Notes under the pieces: model-generated
Databases searched by the model: none
The model's input: the letters and a program-made list of their open reading frames with translations, nothing else
What the model was told of the DNA's origin: nothing
Translations under genes and position numbers: made by a program
Part shown: positions 1 through 7,398 of the stretch, in pieces
How the letters are laid out: every line of letters starts with the position of its first letter
Position numbering within the stretch: the stretch's first letter is position 1
Assembly: GCA_964599625.1 (NCBI GenBank)
Contig: CAZRGC010000002.1
Span: 7,883-71,882 of the forward strand
From: an uncultured Gammaproteobacteria bacterium
GTDB taxonomy: Bacteria; Patescibacteriota; Microgenomatia; UBA8517
Direction: 5' to 3'
Length of the DNA: 64,000 nucleotides

Positions 1-247
1 GCTGATCCTGCATTGGGGTCACTGTCTGGAGAAAGCGGAGACAATGATTTGTTTCTAAGGTTGTAAGAAATAGTGGCAACTGCAATTGTAATTGCCACTA
101 TTGCCAACAAAGGAACGACCGCTAAGAGTTTAAATTTGCGCATTAAATTTTTTACGTTGCCCATAAAATGTGAATTTTTTGGCATCATAGGTATATTGTT
201 TAAATTTAAATGATTGTTGTTTTGGTTGTCCATATTATTATCGATGC

Positions 248-1168
248 TTAGCGCCAGCCGAGAGTTGGGTGATGCAACTCTCCTACGACTCTAAAATTGT
301 ATGTTGATTGCGGAATGGTATAAAGGTCGCAAAAATCACTTGTTCCGGGTCTGCGCAAGGTTGTTTCTTGTCGCGTGACGCCGTTTACTTTGAATCTTGC
401 TTTGTCAAACGGAGAAGTACTGTTGGTGAAACCACCCACACAGAAGTAAACTTGTGCACCTGACCTAAGAGTTGAGAAGGTGCTGTTTGAAATCTGTGTC
501 CAGCCAGGGCTATAAATTTCAATTCTTTGACACATAGCAACCGGAGTGGGGGTAGGTGTTGCCGTTGGAGAATGGCTAGGTGTCGGAGTTGGTGTAGGCG
601 TAGGCGTGACTCTGGGTGTGGATGTTGGTGTTGGTGTCACTCTTGGTGTTGGTGCAGGGGTCCCGGAACTTGGAGGTTCAGAGCGGTTAGTTCCTGGAAC
701 ACACCCTTCACCGCTTGGATTACAAACATATCCTGCTGCGCAACAAGTCATACCTCCACCAGCTTCTGAGTTAGAACACCAGGACCTTCCTTGGCTTGTA
801 CAAACATTCTGTACCCACTCCTCATTGACACATTCAAAACCTGTACATGCTTGTCCACCTGTACAGTGACAATACTGAGCCTGACATTGCACGCCACCGC
901 AGTTTATGATGTTGCTGCCGCAATCCCTGGGACAGGAGGCTGCGTTTTCGTTACAGACCCCGTCACCGCAGTAAGCAAGTCCGCTGCCGGCCTTTTGGTC
1001 AAATAGTTGTCTTTGTGTTACAAGCAAGGCACCAGCAACAATACCCACAATGAGTAGTACAAGTCCAATTGCAGTAGTTAGTGCACGAGATTTAGAGACT
1101 TTGCCGTTTGTGGAATTTTTGAAGAATACAGGAAAATCTAATTTTGGAACAAAATCCGATTCAGACAT
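248..1168 (-). CDS. membrane-anchored extracellular Cys-rich protein with Pro-Thr linker (hypothetical)
   Basis: 306-aa ORF; N-terminal TM helix (AIGLVLLIVGIVAGALLV); Cys-rich module (CGDGVCNENAASCPRDCG...CHCTGGQAC); TPTPTP low-complexity linker encoded at 540-670; no family recognised. Confidence 0.5.
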   Translation of the reverse strand: MSESDFVPKLDFPVFFKNSTNGKVSKSRALTTAIGLVLLIVGIVAGALLVTQRQLFDQKAGSGLAYCGDGVCNENAASCPRDCGSNIINCGGVQCQAQYCHCTGGQACTGFECVNEEWVQNVCTSQGRSWCSNSEAGGGMTCCAAGYVCNPSGEGCVPGTNRSEPPSSGTPAPTPRVTPTPTSTPRVTPTPTPTPTPSHSPTATPTPTPVAMCQRIEIYSPGWTQISNSTFSTLRSGAQVYFCVGGFTNSTSPFDKARFKVNGVTRQETTLRRPGTSDFCDLYTIPQSTYNFRVVGELHHPTLGWR

Positions 1169-1214
1169 ATATTAAATATATACAACCTTAAAAAAAACTG
1201 AAAGTACCATTTTT

Positions 1215-1433
1215 TTATCTTCTTTTTCCGCCACCACCGCCACCCGAACAGACAATCTTGGTACACGCTGCTCCGTCTGCACATCTGCAAGTGGTGGAGG
1301 AGGCATTGTCTTCGAACAATTGCTTTTGGCTTATGAGTACAAGTCCGGCAGCGATACTTGCAATAAGAAATACTACTATTATTGTTTGTTTAACGATTTT
1401 TGGAGTTCCTGTTTGAGATTTCTTTCTTGCCAT
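1215..1433 (-). CDS. small membrane-anchored Cys/Gly-rich protein (hypothetical)
   Basis: 72-aa ORF; TM helix followed by LISQKQLFED, paralogous to LVTQRQLFDQ of the neighbouring 248..1168 protein; Cys and Gly6 tail. Confidence 0.35.
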   Translation of the reverse strand: MARKKSQTGTPKIVKQTIIVVFLIASIAAGLVLISQKQLFEDNASSTTCRCADGAACTKIVCSGGGGGGKRR

Positions 1434-1492
1434 ACAAACATACTATTATATTTATGGTAGTGTCACAAGTTTTTTGTGATATATTTTCGTTA

Positions 1493-2815
1493 ATGGCGCT
1501 CCATTCTAAATACACATGCCAACAGTGTGGTTACGAGTCTATGGGATGGCTTGGTAAGTGCCCCAACTGCAACTCTTGGGGAAGTTTGGTCGAAGAAGTC
1601 TTTTCGACTGGTAAATCTGAAAAATCAAAATCTGCAAATAAGTCGGGGAATTCTTCTTTGAAACCGGTAAATATTGCAGAAATAAAAAGTTCCGAAATAA
1701 AAAGAACTCTTACCAATATTTCTGAGTTAGACAGAGTATTGGGAGGGGGATTAGTTCCGGGACAAGTAATTCTTATCGCAGGGGAACCCGGTATTGGTAA
1801 ATCTACTTTGCTTTTAGAGTTGGCACAAAAACTGGGAAACATACTATATGTATGTGGTGAAGAGTCGGTTAACCAAGTTAAAGTCAGGGCGGACCGATTG
1901 GGAATTAAAAATAACAATATAGAATTACTCGAAAATACGGATGTTGATGAAATTAATGATCAAATAAATAGAACACAGCAAAACATCTCTGCGGTAATTA
2001 TTGATTCTATTCAAACAGTTACAACAGGGGACTTGAGTGGTATGGCGGGTTCTGTCGGACAAGTGCGCGAATGTGCTTTTAGACTTCTGAAAGTTGCAAA
2101 AGAAAAAAACATTCCAATGTTTATGGTTGGCCATGTTACCAAAGAGGGAACAGTTGCAGGACCTGCCGTTTTAGCCCATATTGTCGATACTGTTTTGTGG
2201 TTCGAGGGTGACAAAACACTTGCAACCAGAATTCTCCGTGCAGTAAAAAACAGGTTTGGCCCAACTGATGAGGTTGGTATATTTACAATGGAAGACAAGG
2301 GTTTGATCCCACTGGAAAACGCAGAGAAAGCATTCTTGGAGGGAGAAAACAGTGGCGTCCCTGGAAGTGTTGTAACAAGTGTTATGCAGGGCACAAGGCC
2401 GCTTTTAGTAGAAATACAGGCGTTAGTTGTTCCCACAAAATTGGCAATTCCCAGGCGTATTGCACAAGGAATTGACTCAAGAAGATTGGAACTTCTTTTG
2501 GCAGTTTTAACCCGAAGAGTGGGACTGCCTATGTATGATCACGACGTTTTTGTAAATATTGCCGGAGGCCTAAAGGTCACAGAACCCGCTACAGACCTCG
2601 CAATTTGCTTAGCGGTATCATCTGCTTATTTTGATAAACCACTAAACAAGAAGCTTTTGGCGGTTGGGGAAATTGGTCTTTTGGGAGAAATCCGCAAAGT
2701 ACCATCACAAGAAAAACGTCTCAAAGAGGCCAAAAGGATGGGATTTTCCACGTTTGTAAGCTCGGGTGAAGTTAAGTCCCTCAAGGAAGCTATCAGATTT
2801 GCTGGTTTGAAATAA
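1493..2815 (+). CDS. radA: DNA repair protein RadA/Sms
   Basis: N-terminal C4 zinc finger (CQQCGY...CPNCNSW), RecA-like Walker A (GEPGIGKST), KNRFG motif, C-terminal Lon-like domain; start set at ATG 1493 (MALHSKYTCQQCGY), downstream of the ORF-track start at 1400. Confidence 0.9.
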   Translation: MALHSKYTCQQCGYESMGWLGKCPNCNSWGSLVEEVFSTGKSEKSKSANKSGNSSLKPVNIAEIKSSEIKRTLTNISELDRVLGGGLVPGQVILIAGEPGIGKSTLLLELAQKLGNILYVCGEESVNQVKVRADRLGIKNNNIELLENTDVDEINDQINRTQQNISAVIIDSIQTVTTGDLSGMAGSVGQVRECAFRLLKVAKEKNIPMFMVGHVTKEGTVAGPAVLAHIVDTVLWFEGDKTLATRILRAVKNRFGPTDEVGIFTMEDKGLIPLENAEKAFLEGENSGVPGSVVTSVMQGTRPLLVEIQALVVPTKLAIPRRIAQGIDSRRLELLLAVLTRRVGLPMYDHDVFVNIAGGLKVTEPATDLAICLAVSSAYFDKPLNKKLLAVGEIGLLGEIRKVPSQEKRLKEAKRMGFSTFVSSGEVKSLKEAIRFAGLK

Positions 2816-3437
2816 TCTTTTGATATTCCGCAAGTGATCCTGTTTTTCTGGCCATTTTCATAGCAACTTGAGGTCGAACCAAATGTGAAGCCACTCCAAT
2901 TGCAAGAACCGCGGCGGTGTCTTTTTCTCCGGATGGAAGCCCAGACATAGATAAAACTATTCCATTTTTGAAAGCAATTGCTCCACCGGGGAGAAAAGTT
3001 TCACCAATTTTCCATCTTTTTCCGTCTTCGAGGCTAAGATTTTGTGCGGAAGCAAACAAGTTGGGGTGTCGAATAACAAAATGTGCCTTAAACATGGCGT
3101 AATCTGTGTATTTTGAAACCTTTTTTACATATTCCTGGTCGTCTGCGGATACCTCTCCATATCTGACAGCAACAGGCGGAAGATAAAAGTCGCCTCTGTG
3201 GGCTATCGCCAAAACAACTCCTGTTCTGTTTTCATTTTTTAATATATTACTTATTATCTCTCCTGCAACTTTGTCTATTATTCTTGATTCGTTGGCAAAG
3301 TGTTTGTCTTTATTTTGATATAGGGGATAGCGGGACATGTATGCACCCGAATTTATTTGATGCAACCAGGGTGCAACCTCGTTTCCAACTACTGAATGAC
3401 GCAACGCCTCTTTCATAACAGTATTATACACGCTCAT
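2793..3437 (-). CDS. hypothetical protein, C-terminus resembles GlcG/HbpS-like DUF336
   Basis: 214-aa ORF; C-terminal GGAIAFKNGIVLSMSGLPSGEKDTAAVLAIGVAS resembles the GGxPIxxDGxxIGAIGVSGGxxxxD signature of DUF336; assigned from memory only. Confidence 0.35.
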   Translation of the reverse strand: MSVYNTVMKEALRHSVVGNEVAPWLHQINSGAYMSRYPLYQNKDKHFANESRIIDKVAGEIISNILKNENRTGVVLAIAHRGDFYLPPVAVRYGEVSADDQEYVKKVSKYTDYAMFKAHFVIRHPNLFASAQNLSLEDGKRWKIGETFLPGGAIAFKNGIVLSMSGLPSGEKDTAAVLAIGVASHLVRPQVAMKMARKTGSLAEYQKIISNQQI

Positions 3438-3496
3438 TTGCGCACATCAATGCTTTATACACGAGATATCCACATTTATTTTTGAACAATTTTTTT

Positions 3497-3517
3497 GCCC
3501 GAAATTTCGGGCTTTTT
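3497..3517 (+). terminator. palindromic GC hairpin followed by T-run (intrinsic-terminator-like); no obvious upstream + strand gene
   Basis: gcccgaaatttcgggc (perfect 8-bp stem) followed by ttttt. Confidence 0.3.
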
Positions 3518-3699
3518 CGAGGCTAAAATGACTATGGGTATACTATTTTGAGAGGCAAAATCAACTTATGGGATTTGACATAACCCAAGGTGGGTGTTAC
3601 ACTTTTTTCAATTGATCGGGAAACCGTATTTATTTGGTTTATTTAAGAAGAACTTTTAAATTTTTGAGTGAAAATTTGTAAGTTTAATATTTTTTGGGA

Positions 3700-4010
3700 A
3701 GACCAAAAAAAGAGCATCGCCATCGTTGGGTTCTCCTCTAAAATTAAAGGGACTCGCCACGAATAGAGATGCTCTTTAAAACTAACCAGGCACTAAAAAT
3801 TGCCTGGACACGGGATTTGTCTTGCAGACAGGACAACTAGCTAACGACTAATTAATTCAAGACAAATCGTTATCAGACTAAATCTATGGGGATTTGTTGT
3901 CAAGGGTCTTTTCACGGATAAAAGGGATTTTGTTGGACTTAGGGACGGGTGGTTTGTTGGGCAGGCGAACTACCCGCTCCTAAGCTTAATAAGATCCCTT
4001 TTTTTGTTTC
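3700..4010 (+). ncRNA. candidate structured RNA or 5' leader (unclassified) upstream of the sortase gene
   Basis: Three or more strong stems: aaagagcatc(3709-3718)/gatgctcttt(3768-3777); ccaggca-loop-tgcctgg (3786-3807); a 15-bp imperfect stem 3938-3952/3970-3984 followed 14 nt later by a T7 run; no ORF; consensus motifs of RNase P RNA, tmRNA and SRP RNA not found. Confidence 0.2.
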
Positions 4011-4041
4011 TGGTGTAGCCAATATATAATTAAATGTCACC

Positions 4042-4767
4042 ATGGAACATCTTGTTTATCATTATTCCCACTCGCCTGAAGATGGTGTTTTTGTGGTCGG
4101 GCCTCCGCCTATATCACCGGAAAAAATAAAACCGGGCGGCGCTAAAGTTGCCAAGATACTTTTGAGGATCTCCAGACTTTTTGCCTACGTCGGTGTGGTT
4201 CTTCTGCTTATCGCATACTTGCCAAGCATCTTTTTTTGGTTGCAGGGACTTAGTTTTGGAGCAAATGACAATTTTAAGCTTACAGAGGCAGAGGTTGAAA
4301 CACTGGCCAAAGATGTAAAAATTTTGGAAAACTACTCTCCAGCCTTTGATCCAAAGCTTCCAAAAGACAACCACCTTACAATTAAGGCTATTGGTGTTAA
4401 TACCACTGTTCAAGAAGCAACGCTTGATAATTATGAGGCTGCGCTTAAAAAGGGGGTTTGGAGGGTTTCGGATTTTGGAGCTCCCGGCGAGACGGGTGTG
4501 CCTGTCATACTTGCAGCTCACAGATATGGCTATCTTGCCTGGACAAACAGTTTCCGTAGGCTGAACTCGTTTTTTAATCTCCCTAAACTTAATGTTGGCG
4601 ATCTTGTGGAAATTTCTTGGCACCAACGTAAATATACGTATGCCATTTACGGAGAAGATAAAGGTGAACACATCACTGATTATTCAGCCGATCTGATCCT
4701 ATATACATGCGAAACATTGAACGGCCCTGTCAGAATATTCAAATACGCCAAGCTTCTCAAAATTTGA
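4042..4767 (+). CDS. sortase family transpeptidase (class E-like), membrane-anchored
   Basis: N-terminal TM anchor; conserved His motif ILAAHRYG (LxxHR), Cys motif LILYTCETLNG (TLxTC-like), C-terminal Arg. Confidence 0.75.
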   Translation: MEHLVYHYSHSPEDGVFVVGPPPISPEKIKPGGAKVAKILLRISRLFAYVGVVLLLIAYLPSIFFWLQGLSFGANDNFKLTEAEVETLAKDVKILENYSPAFDPKLPKDNHLTIKAIGVNTTVQEATLDNYEAALKKGVWRVSDFGAPGETGVPVILAAHRYGYLAWTNSFRRLNSFFNLPKLNVGDLVEISWHQRKYTYAIYGEDKGEHITDYSADLILYTCETLNGPVRIFKYAKLLKI

Positions 4768-4870
4768 TTTTTAGCCTCAATTTAAAACTATCCTACACCG
4801 CAGGTGAGTGTGTCCTTCGGACACCCTATAACTACTTGACAAATCAAAAAAAATACTATATACTGCCCCC

Positions 4871-5116
4871 ATGATGAAAAAGTTTTTAGTTGGAGTTTTC
4901 GCTTTTATCGTTCTTGCCAACCCCTCAAAGGTTCTGGCAGATCATGAGCAAGTTATATGCCCTCAACCTTACGGAGGAGGAGTAGTTTGTGGAGTTAAAA
5001 CTCACAAGCCTGTTGAAGCAGGCCTTGCAGAGAATTTGGCTCTGGCTGGAGCACTCGCTATTGGAGCTTCAGGTATATTCCTTCACCTCTCCAAAAAAGC
5101 AGGTGCAATTGCCTAA
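4871..5116 (+). CDS. small secreted protein with C-terminal hydrophobic segment plus KK tail (candidate sortase substrate, non-canonical signal)
   Basis: 81 aa; signal peptide (MMKKFLVGVFAFIVLANPSKVLA); C-terminus KPVEAGLAENLALAGALAIGASGIFLHLSKKAG has the TM-plus-basic-tail architecture of sorting signals but no canonical LPxTG/LAxTG. Confidence 0.45.
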   Translation: MMKKFLVGVFAFIVLANPSKVLADHEQVICPQPYGGGVVCGVKTHKPVEAGLAENLALAGALAIGASGIFLHLSKKAGAIA

Positions 5117-5233
5117 GCCAGTTTTGTAGGTAGCTACATGTTCCGGTTTTTACTGGAACATATATTTACCTACAAAAAGGTGGGTTTGCACTTTTATACA
5201 GGTATCATTATCAAATTGTTGAGGAGATCCGAT

Positions 5234-5443
5234 ATGTCAAAAATGCCCTGGCAGGGATGGATTTTGTTCCTGTTTCTCTTTGTGTTGTGTGGAGCTTGGA
5301 CTTGGTTTACACCCACCAGCCCAGAAGAATTGGTTAGCCGGAGAATTGAACTGGTTAATATCTTTCAAGCCTACGGCACCTACATTTTGGCTGGCCTTGC
5401 GGTCGCATTTTTTATGATCGTCAAGCCATTCAAAGCGCGGTAG
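5234..5443 (+). CDS. small 2-TM membrane protein (hypothetical)
   Basis: ATG 5234 preceded by gaggag RBS at 5221-5226; two hydrophobic helices; the listed ORF 5138..5443 probably over-extends 5'. Confidence 0.4.
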   Translation: MSKMPWQGWILFLFLFVLCGAWTWFTPTSPEELVSRRIELVNIFQAYGTYILAGLAVAFFMIVKPFKAR

Positions 5444-5449
5444 CGAAAA

Positions 5450-5478
5450 GGGAGAGCGAATTTTGCTCTCCACTTTTT
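5450..5478 (+). terminator. rho-independent terminator
   Basis: gggagagc-gaatttt-gctctcc stem-loop followed by acttttt immediately after the stop at 5443. Confidence 0.55.
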
Positions 5479-5726
5479 CTAATTATTGAAATTTGAACGT
5501 GTGATACCTGGACTTATTTAGATCGCAACATTTGCGTTACGGTCTAATTGGTTAAGGTACATTAAAATCGAGGCGACAACCTCCTGTATATTTTTGGCGG
5601 AGCCATTTTGGATATGAGCTGCTTAGCTTTAGTTATTTATTAATTCAGTCAGTTATTCGTGTCCAAAACGGCTTCGGCCAAATTTGTTTCCTTTCGAAAG
5701 AATACAAATATCGGAGGTATCAAGTC

Positions 5727-6389
5727 ATGAAGACAAAAATCTTCACCGTTCTGAGCCTTGCGGTTATCGCCATGCTGGTCCTTACCGCGTGTGGCGGAGC
5801 CAACAGCTCCAACTCGAACGACGGCAACGGCGGCCCTAATGGCAACGGTGGTTCCAATACCGTGGTCGTTACCGCTACCCCCATGACCGACATCGGTTCA
5901 CTCCTCGGTGACCAGCCCATGACCCCGCAGGTCAGCGGCAACATCGAATGGGATGAACTCAAGAAGATGCCGGAATGGACTCAAAAGCCAGGTCTCACGG
6001 GCGCTGACGCTCTTTATGTGCAGTCCAGCAAACCCAGCGAAATCGACCTGCCCTTGTTGCCCAACCAGAAGACCTTCACCGTACCCGCAGGCACCACCTT
6101 GGTGTTCGGTGCGTACAGCGCTACGGTTGTTCTGGAAAACGGCAAGTCCTACAGTTTCAAGGAAGGTTTTTACGGCGCTTTCACCGAAGGCACCCAAATC
6201 AAGTCCTTGCACATTGTGGACGGCTTCGCGCTTTTGATCGGTCGCGACTCGGGTCAGTCGGAATACTGCATGCGCGTCGCGCAGGCTATCAACCAGAAAT
6301 GGGCACACAACAATCTGTACCGCCCGTCAGCCTGGACGAATCCTGTTTGCGAAGGCGTTATCGCTACCGTCATCGACCCTAACGACTAA
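5727..6389 (+). CDS. lipoprotein (hypothetical), encoded in a G+C-rich island
   Basis: Signal peptide plus lipobox LTAC; G/N/S-rich linker; codon usage visibly GC-rich (ctg, ggc, ccg) unlike its neighbours. Confidence 0.6.
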   Translation: MKTKIFTVLSLAVIAMLVLTACGGANSSNSNDGNGGPNGNGGSNTVVVTATPMTDIGSLLGDQPMTPQVSGNIEWDELKKMPEWTQKPGLTGADALYVQSSKPSEIDLPLLPNQKTFTVPAGTTLVFGAYSATVVLENGKSYSFKEGFYGAFTEGTQIKSLHIVDGFALLIGRDSGQSEYCMRVAQAINQKWAHNNLYRPSAWTNPVCEGVIATVIDPND

Positions 6390-6456
6390 CCAGTCGTCCG
6401 TTTCGCCTCGAATACGACGGCAAGCCTATTTACCTTTTTCTTTTTGGTAGATAGGC

Positions 6457-7398
6457 TTGCCCGATCTCACAAACTCTAAAAGATTTAGTGCTTCTGAGAT
6501 TATGAAAACAAAAACCCCCATGGTAAGCATTGTCATGCCGGTTTATAACCCCGGTAGTTTTTTGGTGGCAGCAATCGAATCAATACTAAGCCAGACATAT
6601 ACAGATTTTGAACTTATTGTAATAAACGATGCATCCACAGACGGAACAGGTGAGATTCTTGATAAATATGCGAAGTTAGACAAGAGAATCCGTGTTTATA
6701 CCAATACAAAAAATCTTGGTGTCACAAAAAGCGAGATGTTGGGTGTGGCAAAATCCAGGGGACAGTTTATAGGCCGCATGGATTCCGATGATATTTCTTA
6801 TCCTGAAAGAATTGGGGAGCAGGTGGCATTTTTGCAGAAAAACAAAGACGTAGTTGCTGTTGGGGCACAATGTGATCTAATTGACTCAAAAGGTAACATT
6901 ATCGGTAGCAAAAGATTTCCCACTGACGACAAGTCTATTCGCGGAATGATATTCACCAGCGTTCCTTTGCAACAGCCTGCAATGATGGTTAATACAAAAC
7001 TTCTTCCTAAAGATTTTGTTTGGTACGATGAAAATTATGCTTCCGCCGAGGAGCTTGAACTTCTTTTTAAATTTTTCCAAATTGGAAAAGTCAGAAATTT
7101 GTCTGAAACGCTTCTTAAATACAGAATTCACGGTTCAAACACTTCTTTGGTAAACCCCAAAAAGACATTCAGCTTGACTCTAAAGACAAGATTTAGAGCC
7201 ATATCCAAGTATGGTTACAAACCAACCCTGAAAGGGGTTATTGCAACTTTGGTTCAGTATGTCATTGTCTCGGTTATTCCAAGTAAGTGGATATATCCCT
7301 TGTATGTGTTGGCCAGGGGTATGGGCAAACCTAATGCTACAATTATAAATAATGAACAGGTTGTCTTTGAAGAAAGTCTTCAGTTGGTTAAAACATAA
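6457..7398 (+). CDS. family 2 glycosyltransferase
   Basis: VSIVMPVYN, INDASTD, DSDD motifs typical of GT-A/GT2; true start probably ATG near 6502 (MKTKTPMVSIVMP). Confidence 0.8.
   Translation: MPDLTNSKRFSASEIMKTKTPMVSIVMPVYNPGSFLVAAIESILSQTYTDFELIVINDASTDGTGEILDKYAKLDKRIRVYTNTKNLGVTKSEMLGVAKSRGQFIGRMDSDDISYPERIGEQVAFLQKNKDVVAVGAQCDLIDSKGNIIGSKRFPTDDKSIRGMIFTSVPLQQPAMMVNTKLLPKDFVWYDENYASAEELELLFKFFQIGKVRNLSETLLKYRIHGSNTSLVNPKKTFSLTLKTRFRAISKYGYKPTLKGVIATLVQYVIVSVIPSKWIYPLYVLARGMGKPNATIINNEQVVFEESLQLVKT

Noticed and set aside
527-1006. Plus-strand ORFs 527..769, 546..869 and 791..1006
   Set aside because: They are antisense to the Pro-Thr-rich region of gene 248..1168 and translate to W/C/G/V low-complexity peptides. 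They are an artefact of the repetitive linker.
3938-4005. Intrinsic terminator immediately upstream of the sortase gene
   Set aside because: The stem is strong but the T-run lies 14 nt downstream of it. This is too far for a canonical terminator, so it is reported only as part of the structured region.
5898-6308. 136-aa minus-strand ORF and 94-aa plus-strand ORF inside the lipoprotein gene
   Set aside because: These are antisense or off-frame ORFs of a GC-rich gene, rich in Arg/Cys/Ala. The lipoprotein frame has the signal peptide and lipobox.
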